Of a stretch of DNA of 64,000 nucleotides, positions 56,495-64,000 are shown in pieces (position 1 is the stretch's first letter; every line of letters begins with the position of its first letter). The stretch lies in IMG/VR virus record IMGVR_UViG_3300042894_007649, positions 1 through 64,000 of that record; one strand, written 5' to 3'. The notes under the pieces are model-generated. The model was not told where the DNA came from and made no database searches. It saw only the letters and a list, made by a program, of their open reading frames with translations. Position numbers and translations under genes: made by a program. Source of the stretch: a virus.

Positions 56495-58882
56495 ATGGGA
56501 TTTGTTAGCGATTCAGATTTTTCTTCTCTTAAAAAAAGACTAGAGACCATTGAAAATCAAATGGGTGGCATGACTTATGATATGCGTGAAGTCGTTAGAA
56601 ACGAAATCATGATGAATGCCGATGTTGTTGAGCAATCACAGACTCAATTTGGGCTATACACAGGACTATGCGTTGATACAATTGATATATGGAAGCAAAA
56701 TAGAATAAGATTTTATTCTCCGATATTTCATACGCCTAACATGAAGATAGAAGAATTGCCTTGGGCACATGCTGTGAGCAATATGGGTGGTTTTGATGAT
56801 TGTGGAATGACATGGGTTCCTCCTGCTGGATCGACTGTTTGTATTTTATTTGAAAATGGAAGTAGAACATCACCTTTTTATATTGGAACAACTTGGCATA
56901 GAAACAGAGGTCCTGATGGAAAGCACAATTGGGGATATAATATTGATGAATATTATCGCATATGGGATGGAAAAAGAAAAGGATATTTAGTTGGACCAGA
57001 TGATGGTTCACAAGTCTTTCCGCCTTGGAACACTGAAAATTACAATGGTTTTGATTTAACTTCTTTGGTTGATTTTGATAGCAATACTGAGGCTCAAAGA
57101 CTAATTACTTATCCTCATATTTATGGATTTAAAACGCCTGAAAAGCACATGATAAAGATGGTCGATGGCGATGCAAAATGCAATCGCAAGTGGAAAAGAT
57201 TCGAGATTATGTCTAGTTGCGGCAATTGGATCATGCTTAAAGATGATCATCTTCATTATTCAGGTCAATGGGCGCATCAAGATTGTGGTGGTTCAGTTAT
57301 TGATGGTGAAACTAGTTGTGTAGAAGATGCGTATAATCAAAGTCAAATAGATAAATATCGTTTAAATCAAGGAAAAGATGCTTCTGATAAAAATAGTCCG
57401 AAGCAAATTTCTAATGTTGCAGCAACAAACCCAGCATCTGTGACATCTGACGGTCATGGTTTACAAACTGGTGATCAAATACATATTAGAGACACAAATT
57501 CAAATCCACCTATTGATGGATTTTATTCAATTAATGTAACTGGCCCTAATTCATTCACAATTGACTTAGATCTTTCTGGTGGAGCTTCAGGTTTTAGTGG
57601 AACTTTTGATTTATATAATAGTCCAACAGCAAGTGAAGAGGATTATTTAAGTGCAAATACAAAAGATATTTCTCCAGAAATTGGCAAAAAATTAGAAGAT
57701 TTCGATTGTGAAGGTAAATTAAGTAATAGAAAAATTATTGGTGGTCATCCTAGAACTGGCGCTCCTAATACAACATATTCTTATAATTCTCAAATTGGAG
57801 CTAATCCTTATTTTAAACATAGGCAGGAGTGTCGTCCATACAGGGGATCTCCAACCCCTCAAAACAATCAATGTGATTTGCCGCAAAGTGGTATTCAGTT
57901 GCAATCAATTTCTGGACATACATTTGTAATGGATGATTCTGTTGAAGAACCGAGTGGTTCTCCAACATGGGATCGTGAATTTGATTTTGGATGTAATAAT
58001 AAGTATGTTGGCAGAACATATTGGAAGTCGGCTACTGGTCATTATATTGAAATGAGTGATGTTGAAGGTCAGGCTGGAGACAGCAATTCAACATTAAGAA
58101 ATCAAGATAACTTTATTCGTATAAGATCAGCAACTGGAAACAGTATTGAACTTAATGATCATACTGAATCGCAGCCAGATTGTTCAGGTTGTCCGCCTAA
58201 TATTGCAGGAAATCGTCGTGGTATTCATTTGAGGAGTACCAGCAATCATACCATTGACATGTCTGATGAAGGCAATGAACAATGTGGATCATGTCGTGTT
58301 GAAGGTGGTGTTCCAAAATCGAAGGCTAAAAAGGCTTATGTTAGGATTAGGACTGGCTATGGTCTTGAAATGAATTTTTCTGATGATTCAAATCAGGAAA
58401 TAGCTGAAAATCAACACATACAAATATTTTCACCTCACAAGGGTAATATAAAGGGTCCTCATATTTTGAGGTTTCAAGAATCTGCTCCAAGTAATTCTGG
58501 ATTAGTACTACTAAGAGTTGGTGGTAATTATGTTTGTTATACGGTAGATAATCATTACACAGTTGTTGGAACTGAAGACGATCCGAATAATTTAGTTGAA
58601 TATGTAACTAAATTCAATGTAGTATATACTAAAAATGCTTATGTAAATGTTACTGAAAAGTCTCATTTATTTTTAGCTAAAAGTAAAATATTCCTTTTGG
58701 CTGGAGAAGATTGTCCTAGTCCAGAAGGAATACTTGGTCCTTGTTTGGCTCCAGTATGCGTTTTGAAAGATGGCGCAATTAGGGCTAGTGATCGTGTTTT
58801 TGCAAGTGCATCACCAAGTGCTCCTGTATTGAGTATTTTCCAATTGAAACCGTTCTATAAGACACCACCAGCAACAGGATGA
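56495..58882 (+). CDS. baseplate spike gp5/VgrG-like
   Basis: OB-fold D....RIR....LPWA....VPP.GS.V.ILFENG...PFYIG; repeated SxxGH.I.M.D beta-repeats. Confidence 0.85.
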   Translation: MGFVSDSDFSSLKKRLETIENQMGGMTYDMREVVRNEIMMNADVVEQSQTQFGLYTGLCVDTIDIWKQNRIRFYSPIFHTPNMKIEELPWAHAVSNMGGFDDCGMTWVPPAGSTVCILFENGSRTSPFYIGTTWHRNRGPDGKHNWGYNIDEYYRIWDGKRKGYLVGPDDGSQVFPPWNTENYNGFDLTSLVDFDSNTEAQRLITYPHIYGFKTPEKHMIKMVDGDAKCNRKWKRFEIMSSCGNWIMLKDDHLHYSGQWAHQDCGGSVIDGETSCVEDAYNQSQIDKYRLNQGKDASDKNSPKQISNVAATNPASVTSDGHGLQTGDQIHIRDTNSNPPIDGFYSINVTGPNSFTIDLDLSGGASGFSGTFDLYNSPTASEEDYLSANTKDISPEIGKKLEDFDCEGKLSNRKIIGGHPRTGAPNTTYSYNSQIGANPYFKHRQECRPYRGSPTPQNNQCDLPQSGIQLQSISGHTFVMDDSVEEPSGSPTWDREFDFGCNNKYVGRTYWKSATGHYIEMSDVEGQAGDSNSTLRNQDNFIRIRSATGNSIELNDHTESQPDCSGCPPNIAGNRRGIHLRSTSNHTIDMSDEGNEQCGSCRVEGGVPKSKAKKAYVRIRTGYGLEMNFSDDSNQEIAENQHIQIFSPHKGNIKGPHILRFQESAPSNSGLVLLRVGGNYVCYTVDNHYTVVGTEDDPNNLVEYVTKFNVVYTKNAYVNVTEKSHLFLAKSKIFLLAGEDCPSPEGILGPCLAPVCVLKDGAIRASDRVFASASPSAPVLSIFQLKPFYKTPPATG

Positions 58883-58888
58883 TAAAAA

Positions 58889-59305
58889 ATGGTAATATTT
58901 GCAGGTCTACCTTATCCAACTCAAAAAACACCGAGAGGTTACTGGTATTCACAAGGTGGAGTCAATCAAATAAAATCAGACTTATTATGTCTTTTGCTAA
59001 CAAACCCCGGCGAAAGAGTAATGCTTCCTGAATTTGGGACTCCTCTTAAAAAACTTTTGTTTGAACAAAATGATTCTACATTGCAGAATGAAACTCTTCG
59101 TGTAATTAGCAATTCAATATCCAAGTGGGAGCCAAGAATAGCAGTTAGAAATATTGAAGTTTCTTCGACAGTTGACTCATCTTCTTTAGACTCAGATGAT
59201 GATGGAACTGAAAAAGAACATATTTTGTTTATAAGAATAATTTTTGTCGATCCACAGAATATAAAAGAAGTACAAGAATTAACGCTAGAAATGCCGTTAA
59301 CATAA
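58889..59305 (+). CDS. baseplate wedge gp25-like
   Basis: LLLTNPGERVMLPEFGT.L..LLFE...WEPRI. Confidence 0.92.
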   Translation: MVIFAGLPYPTQKTPRGYWYSQGGVNQIKSDLLCLLLTNPGERVMLPEFGTPLKKLLFEQNDSTLQNETLRVISNSISKWEPRIAVRNIEVSSTVDSSSLDSDDDGTEKEHILFIRIIFVDPQNIKEVQELTLEMPLT

Positions 59306-59316
59306 AAGGAGAATAA

Positions 59317-60876
59317 ATGGCAACCACAAATAATTGTCCATTTGATATTGCACCGTATACGCAATCACAGTTGATTACGACTCCGAACATTTTTAATTTG
59401 AATTATACTAATCAGGACTTTTGGTCCATGAAAACACGTTTGGTTGAATTTACCAGACAAAAGTTCAGTAATGATTTTGCTGATTTTGTAGAATCATCAA
59501 TTGCTATCATGTTGATTGAAAACTGGTCATTTATTGCAGACACTTTAAGTTTTAAGATGGATCAGATTGCGAATGAAATATTTATTGATACAGTCACTGA
59601 GTTGGAGAATGCTTTTCGTCTTGCGAAGCTTGTTGGTTTTGAGCCACAGCCGCCGATTGCTGCAAGATCATTATGGACAGCCAGTTTAAATAATTCAATT
59701 TTATCTGACTGTGTAATTGCTACTCCTTTCAATATTACTGTTAATGCTGGCGGAACAGCTATTACGGTTGAATTATTTCCAGCAGACTCAGATAATAATC
59801 CTATTTTTGATGATCAAATTGTTATTCCAGCAGGAAGTCTAGTTAACGCTAGTGTTGTTGGTCTGGAAGGTTCGACTCGTCGGATAAATACTGTGGGCAA
59901 TGGCATAGTTGGTCAGACGATTACTTTGGCTGAAAGTCCTGTTATTTTTGATTCAATTAGAGTTTATGTTGATGGTGTTAAATGGCAACAAGTTCCATTT
60001 TTCACTGATTCTCAGCCTAGGCGTGAGTATAGAGTTGAATATGATTCGACCTATACTGCTTTTGTAATATTCGGTAATAATAGAGCGGGACTTATACCCA
60101 ATCAGGGAAGTAATATTTTAATTGTATACCGTCAAGGTGGTGGTTCGGTTGGTAACATTGTCAGTGGAACCATTGAAAAACAAGCTATTGTCAATGTTCC
60201 CGGTATTCCTTATGGAATTCCCGTTTCATTTAGAAATTACACTAAAGGTGAATTTGGTTATGATGGAGATACAATTGATGATATTAGAAATAAGTTACCA
60301 GCTTGGTCAAGATCACAAAACAGGGCAGTAACAGGCCTTGACTATAAAACTTTAACTGATCAATTTGCGACTCCATATCAAGGTCAAATTGGTAAAAGTA
60401 CAGCTGTTCTTAGAAATCATGGTTGTTCTGGTAATATCATTGACATTTATATTTTAGCTAGGAATGGTGTTGATGGCCTTCAAGAAGCAAGTAGTGATCT
60501 TAAAGTTTCATTGGAAAATTATTTAAATAATGTAAAAATGATTACTGATTTTATTTGTATTAGAAATGGTTTTGTCGTAGCCGTAGATATTACTATTGAT
60601 ATAACAATGGATCGTTTGTACAAAAAATTTGAAGAAGAATTTAAAGTTAAAATACAAAGAAGGATAAATCAATTTTTTGCTATTTCTAACTGGGAATTTG
60701 GCGAACAATTAAAAGAAATTGATATTACGAAAGTTCTTTCTGATTTGAAGGAAATTACGAATATAGACATTACATTTACTACAGACGATCCAAATAATGG
60801 TGGAAATATTGTACTCGCAAGATTTTTTGAAATCATTCGTCCAGATGTAACAACAATTGGGTTTACATTTGAATAA
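59317..60876 (+). CDS. baseplate wedge gp6/J-like
   Basis: YTNQDF..MK, LAKLVGF.P, FGNN..G.IP, QNRAVT..DY. Confidence 0.9.
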   Translation: MATTNNCPFDIAPYTQSQLITTPNIFNLNYTNQDFWSMKTRLVEFTRQKFSNDFADFVESSIAIMLIENWSFIADTLSFKMDQIANEIFIDTVTELENAFRLAKLVGFEPQPPIAARSLWTASLNNSILSDCVIATPFNITVNAGGTAITVELFPADSDNNPIFDDQIVIPAGSLVNASVVGLEGSTRRINTVGNGIVGQTITLAESPVIFDSIRVYVDGVKWQQVPFFTDSQPRREYRVEYDSTYTAFVIFGNNRAGLIPNQGSNILIVYRQGGGSVGNIVSGTIEKQAIVNVPGIPYGIPVSFRNYTKGEFGYDGDTIDDIRNKLPAWSRSQNRAVTGLDYKTLTDQFATPYQGQIGKSTAVLRNHGCSGNIIDIYILARNGVDGLQEASSDLKVSLENYLNNVKMITDFICIRNGFVVAVDITIDITMDRLYKKFEEEFKVKIQRRINQFFAISNWEFGEQLKEIDITKVLSDLKEITNIDITFTTDDPNNGGNIVLARFFEIIRPDVTTIGFTFE

Positions 60877-60882
60877 GGAGTT

Positions 60883-63800
60883 GTGGTGCCAGTAGAATTA
60901 GATCAAAATCCGAAAATTACTGATGATGTAAGATTTTTACTGCAAACACCAGATGCAGATGGTTGTTTTTTAACATTTCCTTACAAAATTGATAATATCA
61001 CAATTTATTATGTTGAAAGAAACTTTTCAAGTGGAAATCAAAATGAATATGCTGATAAAACTTATGATCCTAAAAAATTAGTTTTAGCGGAATCAGCAGA
61101 AGTTAACGCATGTTTAAATCCAACTTCTGAAAACATATCAATAGCTAAAAAATTAAGATTAGATGCAGAACAAACTGTAACAAATAATTCTTTTTACTTT
61201 GATCAAGCCAATCCTGTAAAAATAGTAGGAATTCCAACCAATCCAGCTTGGTTGACAGGCAAGCAAATTACAGGAATTAGCACTACTAATCCATCAATTA
61301 TTACCTCTCCTTCTCATGGTCTTAATACAGGAGACAAGATTTTAATTTATGGTTCAAATTCTGTCCCTGCAATAGATGATGAATATGTAATAACCTACAT
61401 ATCAGCTAACACTTTCTCAATTCCTTTTAATCTTAATGATATTTCATATACAGCAGGAACAAGTGGTATTTGGTTTACTCAACAACAAAATGTAGATAAC
61501 ATACTAACTCCAATTGTTATTGACAATAAAACTACGATAGGAACATTCGAGTATATTTGGAGTCCTTTGGGTTGCAGAGAAGGAGATTATTTTATTTGTT
61601 GGACTTGGACGCCTTTAATTGGAGGGACAAGTTTATCATCACATATAAGATTTTCTCTTGCTGGAAACACTCAAGTCACAACAAGTATACCAACACATTT
61701 TACTAATCCTGAAAAATATAAAACATTGCTTGAAAAGTATACGCCTGAAATGTTCAAGACAATGATTTCCGACAAAGATTTAACACCAATAGTTTTGAAT
61801 AATTTCAATCAAGCAGTTGCGATGGGATTCACAACTCTTGAAAATCTTGCCAATCAAATTGTTGACTTACAAGATGCTAATTCATTACACGAAGCTTTAC
61901 TTCCATATCTTGCTAATTTATTTAACTTGAAATTAAAAACAGCAGATCCAACTAAATGGCGTGGTCAAATAAAACGTGCTATACCTTTATTTAAAACCAA
62001 AGGAACAAGGAAATCACTTGAAGAATCATTCTTTCAAGCTGGAATGAGACTCGTAAGTTATAAGCAACTTTGGCAAGTAATTTCAAAATACACTTGGCAA
62101 GAATCTTTTTTATACGAAAATTTAAGTTTTGATTTTATTTTAGAAAAAACACTGATAACTCCTTTGGATAATGATAATTTTGAACTTTACATTAGACCAG
62201 TCAATAGTGATTTTTACACAACATTAACATCTGATTATGTAACATTTTCAACTGTTGATGGCGTAACAACAATGACATGGGTTGGAGACACTCTTCTTGT
62301 TGATCCAATTGTTTTGGTTGCTGGAGACATTATAAGAGTTTTATATCAGTATCAGACAATTCCTTCGCCAACAGAACAATCACTTGAAGATTACGTTCGA
62401 CTTTTACCATTAATTGATAATAGAGATGAAGTAAATCAAACCTATCCTCTTAAAAATTGGAATGTTCGTGGGATAGAGCCAGATGATGTTTTGTTCAACT
62501 TGATTATACCATCTAGACATCCTTATCATGATTTTATTGTTTATGGTAAAGTAAGAACAGAATTTCCATATAGTGAAAATATTTACAATATGGAAGAATA
62601 TAATGGCAGTATTCGCAATTCCAAAGCACCATGTGATATTGATAAAAACTTTGTCGATACATGTTTTTCTTGCATTAGTAGCAGTTATAACATTGATGTC
62701 GAAATAGAAAACATATCAGATGATAGAATTAGAGAGTTTCATGAAGTTATAAGGGAATTTGTTCCATTTCATGCTGTCCTAAACACAGTTAGGTTTTATG
62801 GAGGTCTACAAGAGTTTATTACATCACCAATTGAAAATATTGAAGTTTTAATTAAACATAGTATTAATCAATATTGTATTTCAGGTGAAGGACAAGTGTA
62901 CTTTAATAGAACAATGAAGGGAAGCAATTTAAATAATTTATCAAATAGCAATTGTGTTTTCAGAGATGAATTGGCGGATAAGACACAAATAGTTAATTCC
63001 GTTTCAGGAACTGCTTATAATAGCGACATTGTAGTTTATTGTCCTTCTGCCAAATTGACTAATCGTGGAATGAGAAATGATGGGAGCGCCATCATGGAAA
63101 TTCTTAGCGGATCATATATTGGATCATATCTTATCGATAGAGTAGAAGACAATATCGTACATTTTACAACATCGCCAACTGAACCTATTGATGAGTGTAA
63201 TAATTTATTTGCATATGATGGAACACAAAGCACTTGCTCTTTTGCTTTTAGGATTATCAATCCTGTAATTGATAATTTTAATTATGGTTCGCTTTGTGAA
63301 ATTTATCAAGATGATTATGTTGTTTTTACAGATTCAGATAAAGATTTTGCCGATCTTGGCGTTGAGTCACAATTTGATGTTAATCAGGGAACATCAGTTT
63401 CGGCGTGGGAGATTCAAATACCAGCTTATAGTATGACTAATTATACTATTTTGAATATTGATCCAAATGGTAAATTAATTTTATCATATGATGGTACAAT
63501 GCCAACATCTTCTGTTAGTGGTTTAACTTATACAATTTATAATGGATTGACAGCAGTGGCTACGGGAACAATTGGTGTTTTAACTGTTACAAACAGAGGA
63601 AGAACAATTGTAAATAATCCAGATTTATTGCCAATTAGTAGTATGATCAGAGGGTCAAATTTTTATCAGAAAATTTCTTCAGTTGATTATCAAATTACAA
63701 GTCTTGTAACTGGAACAGATGATCAGTTTTATATTTCTGGTTATATTGGCGGCACAATTGTTGGAACAAATTTATTGGTAAATCAAAGACTTATTGAAGA

Positions 63801-64000
63801 TGTTGTTGGCTACATGACACATCGTGGATTAAATGTTGAAATTTCTGGTGTTGATTACGAAACAAATTTTGGAATTCAAAACGGTGCCAATACTATACTA
63901 CCTTATACAGATCCAATCATAAATAATTTTAAAGAAAATTATATTGTTCAGGTGAATGGTGAAGATTATTGGATTGCAGATATTGATGGAAATGATCCTA
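60883..64000 (+). CDS. large baseplate wedge/tail protein (gp7/I-like), 3'-truncated
   Basis: GTG start after AAGGAG; frame appears open to the window end (skimmed); LLPYLANLF...IPLFKTKGT motif. Confidence 0.8.
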   Translation, partial: MVPVELDQNPKITDDVRFLLQTPDADGCFLTFPYKIDNITIYYVERNFSSGNQNEYADKTYDPKKLVLAESAEVNACLNPTSENISIAKKLRLDAEQTVTNNSFYFDQANPVKIVGIPTNPAWLTGKQITGISTTNPSIITSPSHGLNTGDKILIYGSNSVPAIDDEYVITYISANTFSIPFNLNDISYTAGTSGIWFTQQQNVDNILTPIVIDNKTTIGTFEYIWSPLGCREGDYFICWTWTPLIGGTSLSSHIRFSLAGNTQVTTSIPTHFTNPEKYKTLLEKYTPEMFKTMISDKDLTPIVLNNFNQAVAMGFTTLENLANQIVDLQDANSLHEALLPYLANLFNLKLKTADPTKWRGQIKRAIPLFKTKGTRKSLEESFFQAGMRLVSYKQLWQVISKYTWQESFLYENLSFDFILEKTLITPLDNDNFELYIRPVNSDFYTTLTSDYVTFSTVDGVTTMTWVGDTLLVDPIVLVAGDIIRVLYQYQTIPSPTEQSLEDYVRLLPLIDNRDEVNQTYPLKNWNVRGIEPDDVLFNLIIPSRHPYHDFIVYGKVRTEFPYSENIYNMEEYNGSIRNSKAPCDIDKNFVDTCFSCISSSYNIDVEIENISDDRIREFHEVIREFVPFHAVLNTVRFYGGLQEFITSPIENIEVLIKHSINQYCISGEGQVYFNRTMKGSNLNNLSNSNCVFRDELADKTQIVNSVSGTAYNSDIVVYCPSAKLTNRGMRNDGSAIMEILSGSYIGSYLIDRVEDNIVHFTTSPTEPIDECNNLFAYDGTQSTCSFAFRIINPVIDNFNYGSLCEIYQDDYVVFTDSDKDFADLGVESQFDVNQGTSVSAWEIQIPAYSMTNYTILNIDPNGKLILSYDGTMPTSSVSGLTYTIYNGLTAVATGTIGVLTVTNRGRTIVNNPDLLPISSMIRGSNFYQKISSVDYQITSLVTGTDDQFYISGYIGGTIVGTNLLVNQRLIEDVVGYMTHRGLNVEISGVDYETNFGIQNGANTILPYTDPIINNFKENYIVQVNGEDYWIADIDGNDP

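Noticed and set aside
1-64000. Stop-codon recoding, tRNA or rRNA genes, introns or inteins
   Set aside because: Genes are intact with all three standard stops. No cloverleaf or splicing motifs were recognised by eye; tRNAscan was not run.
53994-64000. Bacterial eCIS or T6SS locus
   Set aside because: Context (gp2-like gene, T4-type late promoters, early cassettes, huge tape measure) indicates a phage tail module.

Overview
A 64-kb segment of a large (jumbo-type) T4-like contractile-tailed phage genome, read with the standard genetic code. There are three zones. (1) 1-10.5 kb: small co-directional early-type genes organised as cassettes. They are driven by 14 copies of a sigma28/FliA-like promoter motif (ATAACTTC-N11-NNCGATWR). 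From 5.9-10.1 kb they are separated by a conserved ~200-bp intergenic module: terminator, 42-bp palindrome, A-rich tract, promoter, covarying 5' hairpin, SD. The zone ends at an AT-rich tract where strand compositional skew flips (candidate origin or genome end), next to a phage sigma factor. (2) 10.9-44 kb: about 20 unrelated proteins (sigma factor, ParB-like, ADP-ribosyltransferase-like, zincins, Nudix, a degenerate CCA-type nucleotidyltransferase, variable helical-repeat proteins) share an N-terminal MxxF(K/L)(Q/E)(F/W)L..E motif resembling the T4 capsid-targeting sequence. Many have a TAAATA late-promoter box only 4-6 nt upstream of ATG. Auxiliary genes here are metK, speD, clpP-like, glycosyltransferases, a HAD phosphatase and a C39 peptidase. 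(3) 44-64 kb: tail module with gp2-like end protector, a 3091-aa tape measure, tube initiator, LysM/gp53-like, hub, gp5-like spike, gp25, gp6/J and a truncated gp7-like wedge. All family assignments come from motifs recognised by eye; no database searches were run.
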